Source of the DNA: Octopus vulgaris
Taxonomy: Eukaryota
DNA length: 64,000 nucleotides
NCBI GenBank assembly: GCA_951406725.2
Contig: OX597817.1
Location: 83,018,001 to 83,082,000 of the forward strand
Direction of reading: 5' to 3'
The translations under genes were made by a program, and so were the position numbers. This document shows positions 42,036-53,429 of this stretch, in pieces. The notes under the pieces were generated by a model that saw only the letters and a program-made list of their open reading frames with translations, did no database searches and was not told the DNA's origin. Positions within the stretch are counted from its first letter, which is position 1, and each line of letters begins with the position of its first letter.

Positions 42036-45035
42036 TCATGTGGCGTCGTCCGTTTTTCTGTCCCTGTTTCGTATACATTCGATCCGTCTTCCAAGGTTCT
42101 TCGGGAGGATATTGAAGAGCTGTGGGCCTCGGAAGCCCAGGCTATCACAGAATCTTGTCCTACATCTTGATGGCAGGTTTGGAGTCCTAGGCACCACGCA
42201 GTGGCGCCCAGTTCTGGCATTTGCGTAACTCTCGATGCCAAAGTTCAGGACACTTCCCTCCAGGATCTTCCAGATGTATATTATGGCATATCTTTCCCGC
42301 CTACGCTCCAGGGAATATAATTTTAATCTCTTGAGTCTTTCCCAGTAGCTTACATTCTGCATAGAGGCTATCTTCTTCGTGTAGCTTCGTTGGATCGCCT
42401 CAAGTTCTGTGATCAACTTGACACTGGATGGTGACCATAGCTGAGAGCAATAGTCAAAGTGGCTTAGGACAAGTGTCTTCCAGAGGACCATCATGGTTTC
42501 TTGTTCTCTTGTTCTAAAGGTTCTAAGAATCCATCCAGCCAGCCGTCTACATTTCATTGTCAGTTTAGCAACATGTACATGAAAGGTCGCGTCATCACTC
42601 ATGTGAATACCCAGGTCACGCACTGATTGTGCCTCTGGGATTGCAATCCCTCCGGGTCCAGTGTATTCATTGGGTATTGCATTCAGTTTTGCATGCTGAT
42701 AGTATAAAGCTTGAAACTTTCCAGCATTGAACTGCATGCTATTCTTTTCAGCCCACTTGTATATTTCGTCCAGCTCACATTGCAGGTGTTTAGTGTCCTC
42801 AGGGTTCTGTATTGCCTGTGAAACTTTTGTATCATCTGCATAACTTGTGATCGTGGCTCTCTGCGTGGCTGAGGGCATGTCTGAGAGGGCCATTATGAAC
42901 AGTAGTGGTCCCAAAACAGTGCCCTGCGGAACACCGCTCACTATTTGCGTGTTAATGGAGGTGGCCCCATTGGCTACTACCACCTGACTTCTATCCTTCA
43001 GAAAGTCATGAAGCCATTCTCCCAGTTTTCCAACTATGTTGAGATCACGCAGTTTGTGACATATCATTCCATGATCGACTTTATCAAAGGCCTTTGCAAA
43101 GTCGAGATATATCACTTCCACATTTGAGTGGTTGAGCAGCCGTTTCAGCACCCAGTCATAGTGTTGTAGGAGCTGAGTTAAACAGCTTCTCCCTGGTCGG
43201 AAACCATGTTGGGTGTCGGGCAGCAAGTCATTCTCTTCAAGGAAGGTGATCAGTTTCCTTCTGACTATTCGTTCCATGACCTTGCTGATGTGTGAGGTCA
43301 GAGAGATAGGTCTATAGTTCTTGGCTTCCGCTCTGCTACCTCCTTTATGAATGGGGCATATTTTACCTTCCTTCAGTTTTCCTGGAAGTTTGCCAGCTGC
43401 AAGGAAGCTCTTAAAGAGGAACTGCAGTGGTCTTGCTAGGACTCTCTTACATGCTTTTAGGAGGATTGCCGGGAATCCATCGGGGCCAGTAGCTGAGTCT
43501 GTTTTCATTTCATCTATAGCCTTGGTTACATCGTCTTCCTTTATATCGATGTAATCTATCGTCGCCGCCTCTGATTTTATATCTGCAGTGGTAAAAAAGT
43601 CAGTTGGATTGGTGATTTGGAGATGCCCAAGGGGTGGAGTGAAAACACTCTTGAATTGCTCATTCAGTATTTCACTTACCCTCATTGGTTTTCCTGTAAG
43701 TGTGCCATCCTTTTCGAGGAGTGGCCCTATTCTACAGTGCACTGTAGCTGTTTCTTTGGCATACCTGTAGAAAGCTCTGGGGTTAGATTTTATGTTTTCT
43801 ATAGCCCAGGCTTCTTTGTCTGCTCTTTCTTTTTCATGGGAGAGTTGCAGACATTTTTCGATTACCAACAGTTTTATTTTTAGGCGGGACTTTTCACTGC
43901 TTTCAATCTGTTTGTTTAGGCGATTTGAAAATTTCGTACGCCGTCTCATTAAAATTTTCCTCTCTCTGGGGATTTTGTTCTTGTGTACAGTGGCCTTTCT
44001 CTCTGGGACACATTTGTAGCATATGGCTTGCATTACAGACATGAATTGTTGGAGTTTCACGTCGATGTCTGGCGAGGAGAGACATTTAGGCCAGTTTTGT
44101 TTGAGGATCTCTTTCTCAATTTGTTTCCAGTTTGCCTTATGGTAGTTCAAGCTGGAAAGATTTTGAGGGTTTCTTGTAGGCTGCATGTCCGTGCTCTCTT
44201 TTGGCCCGTACATGGTCAGCTCTATCATGTTGTGATCCGAGAGTAGTGTCGGTGTCACTTTCACATTATGGATGAGATCCATGTCATTTGTGAAGCAGAG
44301 ATCCAGTGTGTTACCTGCCCTGGTTGGTTGGAGTATTACCTGCTCCATGTACAGGGTGTTGATGAGGTTCAGGAAGGATCTCGCCTGTCCTCGTTCACAT
44401 CTTGTCATTCCTGGGAGAGAAAGGCCCTCGGGCCATCTGACATTGGGCAGATTGAAGTCTCCCATAAGAAGCACACCTATGTGTTGTTCCACTGTGGTTA
44501 GAATTTCTTCTATTTTTATAAGGCAGTCTTCAAACTTGCCCACATGGCTTGGGGCATCTGGAGGGCGATATGTAGCACACACAACTACATCAAGTTGCCT
44601 AATATGTACAATTAGTGTGTCACACACCGAGTTTGAGTATGACAAGAGGACCTGGGGTGTGAGGTCCTCACGGATGTACATAGCAACACCTCCATGACTT
44701 CTTTCTTTCCTGTCGGTCCGTAGTACAGCATACTGTGGTATGTGTAACTCCGCATCTGCTATGTCCGGTTTCAGGTGCGTTTCTGTAAGTGCTATGCATA
44801 TGGCTTGATTGCATGCAACAAAGTCTCTCAGGAACGGGATCTTTGTCCTGTTACTGAGTGTTTGCAGTCCTCTGATGTTCAGTAGGAGTATCGAGGTGAG
44901 GTGTACGTTGTTGCCGGCGGTGTCCATCCTGTGTCTGTTTGCTGTGGTGGTCTGGTATATAGTGGGTAGTCCCACCTGCGGGCTTGGGTTTGATGAAGCC
45001 AGGTCAGCTGCTGTACAATCTTTTGTGCCATGCAC
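42036..45035 (-). CDS. LINE ORF2: APE endonuclease plus reverse transcriptase (first ATG near 44927; last ~18 codons come from flanking DNA)
   Basis: EN motifs LLNIRGL, IALTETHL, GGVAMY, YRPP, MGDFNLP, TLDLCF and SDHN. RT motifs NYRPISLTS, QHGFR, YLDFAKAFDKV, SGVPQGTVLGP, YADDTK and RDLGI. CR1-type YCSQLWSP and LYSLERRR. Confidence 0.95.
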   Translation of the reverse strand: MHGTKDCTAADLASSNPSPQVGLPTIYQTTTANRHRMDTAGNNVHLTSILLLNIRGLQTLSNRTKIPFLRDFVACNQAICIALTETHLKPDIADAELHIPQYAVLRTDRKERSHGGVAMYIREDLTPQVLLSYSNSVCDTLIVHIRQLDVVVCATYRPPDAPSHVGKFEDCLIKIEEILTTVEQHIGVLLMGDFNLPNVRWPEGLSLPGMTRCERGQARSFLNLINTLYMEQVILQPTRAGNTLDLCFTNDMDLIHNVKVTPTLLSDHNMIELTMYGPKESTDMQPTRNPQNLSSLNYHKANWKQIEKEILKQNWPKCLSSPDIDVKLQQFMSVMQAICYKCVPERKATVHKNKIPRERKILMRRRTKFSNRLNKQIESSEKSRLKIKLLVIEKCLQLSHEKERADKEAWAIENIKSNPRAFYRYAKETATVHCRIGPLLEKDGTLTGKPMRVSEILNEQFKSVFTPPLGHLQITNPTDFFTTADIKSEAATIDYIDIKEDDVTKAIDEMKTDSATGPDGFPAILLKACKRVLARPLQFLFKSFLAAGKLPGKLKEGKICPIHKGGSRAEAKNYRPISLTSHISKVMERIVRRKLITFLEENDLLPDTQHGFRPGRSCLTQLLQHYDWVLKRLLNHSNVEVIYLDFAKAFDKVDHGMICHKLRDLNIVGKLGEWLHDFLKDRSQVVVANGATSINTQIVSGVPQGTVLGPLLFIMALSDMPSATQRATITSYADDTKVSQAIQNPEDTKHLQCELDEIYKWAEKNSMQFNAGKFQALYYQHAKLNAIPNEYTGPGGIAIPEAQSVRDLGIHMSDDATFHVHVAKLTMKCRRLAGWILRTFRTREQETMMVLWKTLVLSHFDYCSQLWSPSSVKLITELEAIQRSYTKKIASMQNVSYWERLKRLKLYSLERRRERYAIIYIWKILEGSVLNFGIESYANARTGRHCVVPRTPNLPSRCRTRFCDSLGFRGPQLFNILPKNLGRRIECIRNRDRKTDDAT

Positions 45036-45790
45036 AAAAAAGATTGTTGCTCAGCAGCTGCTCTTTCGACAACATCATGTTGGCTGTTTGTGGCGCGCAC
45101 AACATCTGCGTACCTCCGCTTTGGGGCAGGTGGTGCGTGGTCCATCCCTTTTCTTTGTGTTGATGGTTTGTCCATCTGCCTCGTGTCTCTGTGGCAGGGT
45201 CCCCGATGTGCAAAGCGGCAGCCTGCACCTTCCTTTCCATGCCAGCAGGAACCTCTCAGGTAGAACATACACACCCGTGTGCGCTGTTTGGTTCCATCCT
45301 TTGCGGTTCCACTTCTATTCCTGGTTGTTTCACTCTTTGGTCCTGCTTGAGCTTTTTCTTTTCCTTTAGCTCTTCCAGTCCTTCTTTTAGTTCTTCTTCC
45401 TCCCTCTACCTCTTCACCGCGTTCTCCGTCTCCATGGCCCTTGCTGCCGGTTGGAGAACTTGCACCTGGGTTCACTTCCCGGGCAGGTTTCTCATTCAAA
45501 ACCTCCTCCCGGGCGTCCACCAGGTGGGGGTGACTTCTTTCATCGTCTCCATTCTTGCCATCTTTGCCCCGCTCGTTCTCAAAGATGGCATCAAGTGCGC
45601 CAATGTGCGACCGTACAAGCGCATATGAGCGCACGAATTCCTGTCTCTTTCGCTCCATCTGAGCCGCTGTCCTCTTGTAGCCTCTGCTCTTCAGCGCAGC
45701 CGCAATCACCTCGCTAGGGCTATCTCCGCCGGCGCACTCCCATGCTCGTACGAATAAATCCAGCTCATCACGTCTCCATGCTCTGGACAT
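44879..45790 (-). CDS. LINE ORF1 (303 aa): Myb/SANT trihelix-like N-terminus, charged disordered linker and CCCH zinc finger
   Basis: AWRRDELDLFVRAW...EVIAAALKSRGYKRTAAQMERKRQEFVRSY and CMFYLRGSCWHGKEGAGCRFAH (C-x7-C-x8-C-x3-H). It lies directly upstream of ORF2 and overlaps it. Confidence 0.85.
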   Translation of the reverse strand: MSRAWRRDELDLFVRAWECAGGDSPSEVIAAALKSRGYKRTAAQMERKRQEFVRSYALVRSHIGALDAIFENERGKDGKNGDDERSHPHLVDAREEVLNEKPAREVNPGASSPTGSKGHGDGERGEEVEGGRRTKRRTGRAKGKEKAQAGPKSETTRNRSGTAKDGTKQRTRVCMFYLRGSCWHGKEGAGCRFAHRGPCHRDTRQMDKPSTQRKGMDHAPPAPKRRYADVVRATNSQHDVVERAAAEQQSFLCMAQKIVQQLTWLHQTQARRWDYPLYTRPPQQTDTGWTPPATTYTSPRYSY

Positions 45791-45849
45791 GCTGGATAAT
45801 CCGTCTATCCGTTTATCTATCTAATTATGTTCGAGAGAAGACAGGAAGA

Positions 45850-46975
45850 TATTAAGGCTAATTAGAAGATAGAGTACTTGAAAAAGAAATATTAACAATA
45901 TTAAAGTTTGTGTAAAAACGTTATTTGGGTAAAAACGTTATTTAATCTTAAGGCTAATTAGGGGATAGAGTATCTGAAAATGTATTAGCAATATTAATAT
46001 TATATTAGAGTGTGGATAAAAACGTTGTTTAATCTTAAGGCTAATTAGGAGATAGAGTATCTGAAAATATATTAGCAATATTAATATTATATTAGAGTGT
46101 GGGTAAAAAAAACGTTATTTAATCTTAAGGCTAATTTGGAGATAGAGTATCTGAAAATATATTAGCAATATTAATATTATATTAGAGTGTGGGTAATATT
46201 AAACGTTATTTAATTTAATCTTAAGGCTAATTAGAAGACAGAGTATCTGAAAAATTATATATACAATATTAAGCAATATTAACCGTTATTTAATTTAATC
46301 TTAAGGCTAATTAGACGTTATTAATATTAAACGTTATTTAATTTAATCTTAAGGCTAATTAGAAGATAGAGTATCTGAAAATATATTAGCAATATTAATA
46401 TTATATTAGAGTGTGGATAAAAACGTTATTTAATCTTAAGGCTAATCAGGAGATAGAGTATCTGAAGAATTATTAACAATATTAAAACAATATTAAACGT
46501 TATTTAATTTAATCCTAAGGCTAATTAACAATAATTATTAACAATATTAAACAATATTAAACGTTATTTAATTTAATCTTAAGGCTAATTAACAGTAATT
46601 ATTAACAATATTAAACAATATTAAACGTTATTTAATTTAATCCTAAGGCTAATTAACAATAATTATTAACAATATTAAACGTTATTTAATTTAATCCTAA
46701 GGCTAATTAGACGTTATTAATATTAAACGTTATTTAATTTAATCTTAGGGCTAATTAGAAGATAGAGTATCTGAAAAATTATTAACAATATTAAAACAAT
46801 ATTAAACGTTATTTAATTTAATCTTAAGGCTAATTAACAATAATTATTAACAATATTAAACAATATTAAACGTTATTTAATTTAATCCTAAGTCTAATTT
46901 GACGGTATCAATATTAAACGTTATTTAATTTAATCTTAAGGCTAATTAGAAGATAGAGTATCTGGAAAATTATTA
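45850..46975. repeat. Modular AT-rich tandem array of 16 units (~48-96 bp) upstream of LINE ORF1
   Basis: The core aaacgttattt(aattt)aatcttaaggctaatt recurs, with ggctaat at ~45856, 45952, 46039, 46129, 46225, 46305, 46353, 46440, 46519, 46583, 46647, 46701, 46749, 46828, 46892 (variant) and 46940. Confidence 0.95.
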
Positions 46976-46989
46976 TATCGAGAACAGAT

Positions 46990-47182
46990 ATTGAAAATGT
47001 AAACAAACAAAATGACGATCGCAACTTTAACTAAGATGTGGGCCTAAGTGAAAGATAAAATAGAATAATAAATAAAATATGAAATAGATGAAATTGATAC
47101 TTAATCCAACAATGTGGTCTGGATTATTTTTTTTTGGTTTACGGGATTTTTTTCAGGAGAGATGCTTCTTTTTCTTTCTTGC
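46990..47182 (+). repeat. Donor copy of the ~193 bp segment duplicated at 50055-50247
   Basis: Identical apart from homopolymer lengths. Confidence 0.95.
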
Positions 47183-48024
47183 AGGAGATAACTTGATTCA
47201 GTTATTTTTGCACCATGTGCGTTTCGGCGAAAATGAAAATTACTGTGTATATGTATATATTTATATATATATTTTTAAAAATATTTTTAACCAAAGTGTT
47301 GTAGTGATCTCTATGACTTAGAGTTTTACGTTTTGCAACTACAGTGGGTTATTTCGCCGTTCTATGCAAACTTTTTCACAGAGCAAAGGCAATCACGTCT
47401 TTCTCTGCTGAAAACGGAACCGGATATATATATGTTACAAAAAGAAAATAGAAACTGCGCGTGGTAACGTAAGGGGAAAGTAAGAAAAATCAACGAAAAT
47501 GCACATTGTAAATAAATATAAAAAATAGTTAAAAAATAAACGCTTTTATGAAAAGTAACGAAATATATATACAATTAGATGAAATGAGGTAGGAATAAAA
47601 GTAATAAAAGTCATTTATTGTGAGATTATTAACGAGATTCAAGCATACCGGCTGTTTCGTAAGTTACTATTCATTGCTTTCATACTTCTATTCCTATCTC
47701 AGTTCGTCTAATTGTATATATATATACACTTCTAATATAGGATAAAATGTTTCAAAAAATTTTATCAATGGCCAGCATATTAAAATGCATTTTAAGGTGA
47801 AAATTATAAACAATTATAAATAAGGGAAAAAGAAAAACTTTCTGTGCCAATATGCTGAAAAATAGATCGTCTAACCACATACAATAATTTTCGCTATAAA
47901 TACACAGCATGATGAAACGAGGAAAGCAAGCCAACTGAAATTACGATCTAAGGTCTTATATTTCATCATATTGGCATAGAAATTGTTTTTCTTTTACCCT
48001 TATCTATAATTTATTATATATATT

Positions 48025-48060
<36 letters not shown>

Positions 48061-48221
48061 ACATATATGTGTGTGTGTGTGAGTGTGTGTGTGTGTGCTT
48101 CAGCATGTAGAAAAGAATCGATCAGCTAAGACAGTGAAAATAATCTTGAAATAAAAGAACACAAATCATGTAAATACAGCTACCCAGGATTTTCTGGTCG
48201 GAATAACAATTTATATATATA

Positions 48222-48473
48222 TATCTGTAAATGTAATATATAACAATTATTTGGTAGCCATGATAAAACTCCAAGTTTTGTATGTCGGGGTGGAAATCTA
48301 CACCGCCATCTCTTCAGTTATCCGGCCATCGGAAAAAATGGTATGAAAATGACCGTTAAACAAATGGGAATCTTTGCTTAAAGAGATGGCGGCATGGATT
48401 TCCACCCCGACATCCCAAACTCGGAGTTTTATCATGGTTACCGAATAATTGTCACATATTACATTTATAGATA
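48222..48473. mobile_element. (TA)n-flanked inverted-repeat unit with a decayed hammerhead in each arm
   Basis: Minus 48262-48322: gataa-CTGAAGA-gatggcgg...ccgacata-cAAAA-cttggag-TT-ttatc. The right arm has ttaaaga...ccgacatcc-CAAA-ctcggag-TT-ttatc. Confidence 0.7.
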
Positions 48474-49314
48474 AATTCCTCTATGTACACTATATCGAGG
48501 TCTCTTTCATTCTTTTGTCGTCTTACATTGTCTATCAATATATATATATATAGTAAGTAAATCCAAACATGAAAACACAAAGAGAAAACACAACAAAATA
48601 AGTATTATCGTACACAGAGAGGGTAAAACGCAGTAAAGTGCGTTCGAACAGAACAGCCATATTGAAGTGGCTGCGAATATTACTTGCTAGTACAACTACT
48701 GCGTTCATCACTTAGGGAGATTTTAGTACTAGCTTTTCGGTAGGGGCTTATATATATACGCACACAATTATATATACATGTATACACACATACGCACATA
48801 CAAGCACACACGCCCACATACAGAAAGTAAAGCACAGTTATCTCCCCACAGACACAATCCCTACGCATACCCACATACACACACGAACACACACATACGT
48901 ACATATACACACACACACACACTACATATACATACACACACACACATACTTCAAAGTACCAGTACCTTCCAATGACCATTCTCCTACGCACATGTGTAGG
49001 GAGAGACACAACAGGAGCACTCCTACTATCAATTCTTACTATGACTTTAAACGATACTAATCCCAACCACACACAGATTAACAGCCAGAACCACACACAT
49101 ACAGACACACGTGCTATCATTACACACACACACATACACAAAAACAGACATGTGCGCACGTACATACCCACACATACGGACACATGCCTCCTTCTCTTGC
49201 ACTCTCCTGTCTTTGAAAAAAAATTTTGTTCACTCATTCCCTTCAGGTCATTCAATATGTGACCGCGTGTCTATATTTGGCGATGTTTTTTCCTTTTTCG
49301 ATTTTTCCTTTTTC

Positions 49315-49353
49315 GATGTTTCTGACGAAGAGCTCTGCTCGAGACGCTACATC
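49315..49353 (+). ncRNA. Decayed minimal hammerhead motif
   Basis: gatgttt-CTGACGA-a-gagc tct gctc-GAGA(GAAA)-cgc-TA-catc. Confidence 0.55.
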
Positions 49354-49450
49354 CTCTTTTCCTCTTTCCTTTCCTGAGCGTCCAATAACACTATACTTGT
49401 TCCACGTCCTCGCGTTGTTGTGTTTTCTCTTTGTGTTTTCATGTTTGAAT

Positions 49451-49559
<109 letters not shown>

Positions 49560-50011
49560 TGTATGTGTGTTTGTCCATCACCACCACCATCGTCTGACAA
49601 CCGGTGTTGCTGTGTTTACCTCCCTGTAACATAGCGGTTTGGCAAAATATATCGATAGAGTAAGTAACATACTTCAAAAAACCTAGCACTTTAAAAATGT
49701 CGATTCATTCGACAAAAATTCTTCAAGGCGGTGTCCCAAAATGACCGTAGCCTAATGATTGAAACAAATAAAAGATAACCAACTGTCTCATTTCATTCTT
49801 AGTAAATATAGCTTGTCGATATTACTGTAATTGGGGTGGAGTGCATTTTGAAAATCACCCTAGTTCTGCTTTCACGACATTACTTCTATTTATGATTATT
49901 ATTATTATTATTATCACCCCCTCCTCTACCACCACTACCATCTTCATCGTCATCATCAATATATTAAGCAGAAAAATCTGACCAAGCTGAAGAGTAAATA
50001 CTTTCCAAGAT

Positions 50012-50290
50012 TTGCTATTATTAAGACGTACTTGAAACGATGTCTTTCACTCTAATTGAAAATGTAAACAAACAAAATGACGATCGCAACTTTAACTAAG
50101 ATGTGGGCCTAAGTGAAAGATAAAATAGAATAATAAATAAAATATGAAATAGATGAAATTGATACTTAATCCAACAATGTGGTCTGGATTATTTTTTTTT
50201 TGGTTTACGGGATTTTTTTCAGGAGAGATGCTTCTTTTCTTTCTTGCTATTATTAAGACGTACTTGAAACGATGTCTTTCACTCTAATTG
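50012..50290 (+). repeat. Templated insertion (50055-50247) flanked by a 47 bp direct duplication (50012-50058 and 50244-50290)
   Basis: ttgctattattaagacgtacttgaaacgatgtctttcactctaattg on both sides. Confidence 0.95.
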
Positions 50291-51414
50291 CTGATTAAAG
50301 CAGAAATATTGGTATCAAAATAGCACTTTAATAGAAGGTAATGAACAGACTGCGTTCTTCAACAATTGAATTATCATCATCTCACTTGACAGTGTTATGG
50401 AAAATAAAACAAATAACCGTTATAATAATATTTAGTCATTCTTGTTGTTGCAAGTTAAGTGCAGTTTAATGATATATCATTTGGTGATGATTAGAACATT
50501 GATAAGAAAGTTACAATGGGAAATACTAATGAGTTAAATGAATTAGAACCAAAGCATTCTCATTAGCTGAATTAATCTATTTCACTTTCTATACTATTAA
50601 AAAAGTCATAGATCTTACAGCGTCTCATGTTTGCTTTCTAAATTCATATCTACTATACGTGATCAAATGTTAACAAACACTGATTTATAACACAGGCAAA
50701 GAGATACTTATACAATGTAGAAATGGGCAACAATGGTACTAGAGTATCGAAGCTGGAAATTGTGTAATAGAAGCAAAGTATGTCTTCGAATAGTGGAACT
50801 CAATATTAATCACAGTTTTAAGACGGTTAGCTGGCAGAATCGTTGCCGAGTCGGACGAAATGATTAGCAGCATTTCTTCCGGGAAGAAACTTTACCCCGT
50901 AGGACAAAATGATTAGTGGCAGTTCGTCCGAGTTCACGTTCATAATTCAAATGCCGAAGGAGTCCACTTGGCTTTTCATCATTTCCGAGTCGATGAAATA
51001 AAGTACCAGTTGAGCACTGGAATCAATGTAATTGACTCACCTCCTTTCCCGCAACTGCTGGCATTGAGTCAAAATTTGAAATCCATATTAATGATAGCTT
51101 TATTTTCTAATCATCTAAAATTATATATTTTGCAGCGGATTCGAAACATGAGACTGCTTCAGTTTATTCAGCATTAACATTTATTCCCCTAATAACTGTA
51201 GCACAAGCCAATAAAATAGACTGCAGTAAATGATGAATATTTTATTGGTTTCAGAGGGATGAAAGATACTATTGTAGATGAGATTTGAACTAGAAAAATG
51301 AATAAATAAATAAAATAAAGGAACATAACTAAAAATAGGTAACACCTTTTTTTTCTTTTTGAGCATTACACTGTCTTGAACACAACGAAAATATTGAGGG
51401 ATAAAATACTCAAA

Positions 51415-51975
51415 AGGTACTTATTTTATCGACTCCAATAGAATGAAAGGCAAAGTCGATCTCGGCGGAATTTGATCCACAACGTGAAGACGGATGAAAT
51501 GCCGCTAACCATTTTGCCTGGCGTGTTAACGATCCTGTCAGCTCGCTGCCTTCGCATACAACGAAAATATTGATTCGAAATTTTGATACAAGGCCAGCAA
51601 TTTCGGGAGAAGGGTAAGTCGATTGCATCGACCCTAGTGCTCAATTGGTACTTATTTTATCGAATTCGAAATGATGACTGGCAAATTTGACTGTGGCAGA
51701 ATTTGAACTTAGAACATGAAGAGGGCGAAATACCTATTTCTATTTCTTTACTACCTACAATGGGCTAAACACAGAGAGGACAAGCAAGGACAGACAAACG
51801 GATTAAGTCGATTATATCGACCCTAGTGCGTATGTAGTACTTATTTAATCGACCGCCAAAGTATGAAAGGGGAAGTCGACCTCGGCGGAATTTGAACTCA
51901 GGACGTAGCTGCAGACGAAATACGACCAAGCATTTCGCCCAGCGTGCTAACGTTTCTGCCAGCTCAGCGCCTTAA
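51415..51975 (-). mobile_element. Cluster of octopus-type SINE copies
   Basis: Reverse complement of the 13903 family, three blocks. Confidence 0.88.
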
Positions 51976-53208
51976 TACAACGAAAAAATTAAAAATATTT
52001 ATTGCTAAATGCTAGTGCAAATCGACTTTTTCTTTCTCGCTAGCAATTAGATTTTCTCTGACGTTGTATTAGTAGAGATGTAATATATTGGTCTATACGG
52101 AATTATATGAAAATGAAAGTTGTCAGAAAAAGCGAAGACAGTCAATTACAGAGAAAAAAATAGTAAATAAAAAAGGGAACGTCATAGAATGACGTGGCAA
52201 TAGTGGTACTGAATTTGGAATTCTCTCGTAAGAAGCAACTAGAAACACGTTAACACCAGCTGTCAACAGTAATAATTTTGTGGGTTTTGTTTTTTCTAAA
52301 TAAAATACGAAATGCATAGTTGGAAGAAGTGTGAGATGTACACCTGCACTTGAAAATAAATCACGTCATTTTGCAAGGGATTAAAACACTGGAACCCACT
52401 CCCAATGCTTTTCTTTAGAATGAAAATTTGTGTATTATGTTTTTTCTATAAACCTTCAAATGAAATAGTTACAAAGAATTAGAAAACCTTATTAATCTTA
52501 AGACCCAGTCTTCGTTCGCCTCTGTAACAAACACCGTTGTTTCGCCTTATGTAGGAGAATCATGTAGAATATAGTGATACAGTACTTGAGTGATATTTTA
52601 TTTTATCTACCCCATATAAGTTAAAGGGGAATTTCACTCTGTCGAATTCAATGTTTAAAAAGTACAAGTACAAAATAATAAGGTCAATACTGATGTCTAA
52701 AACTGGTACAAAGCAGTATATCGACCGCAGTACTTGATTGGTCCTTTATATTTTCAACACTAGAATGATGTAACGCAAAATTGATCGAGGTTTGACTGGA
52801 GATGAAAATATTGCGTGTAGGTAAACAATTTTGCTCGCTGTTTCAAATATTCTGCCATTCTGCTGACTTAGGGGCAATTCTGACTTAGAGACAATGCCTA
52901 CGTACTTGTCTAGTACTATATTTTATCGATCTCAGTCGAATGAAAGGAAAATTTGAGATAGTAGAGGAGGAAAGCAAAGTGATCTTAAAAATGATATAAG
53001 CGTAAGAAACGACCCATTTTCTTTAGATTTGATTCCACAATACAAAGCCACTTAATAATACCACTCTTCCATCATGTAAGCCAACAGCGAGATTATTATT
53101 TTTTTGCAATTAAATAGTTAATTACTTGTTTGAAATGTTAATTGTTCACATTGATCTAATTTTGTCGAGGAATAGAAAATGACTAATATACGTCCATACA
53201 TTCATACC

Positions 53209-53295
<87 letters not shown>

Positions 53296-53382
53296 AGATA
53301 GGGGTTGAAAATTCAACCCACCATGGGGATAGTTGATGTTTTATTGATTTAAGTATGTTTCTCCATTCTCTAATTTTGTAGT

Positions 53383-53429
<47 letters not shown>

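Larger units (their letters stand above)
42095..46990 (-). mobile_element. CR1-clade LINE with intact reading frames, a 5' tandem array and a truncated 3' end
   Basis: GC-richer block with ORF1 and ORF2. No 3' UTR or tail is present. Confidence 0.9.

Noticed and set aside
42945-45717. Plus-strand ORFs overlapping the LINE
   Set aside because: Antisense shadows of ORF1 and ORF2 with no recognisable motifs
45850-46975. CRISPR-like repeat-spacer array
   Set aside because: The intervening sequences are recurring related modules of uneven length, there are no cas genes, and the context is eukaryotic
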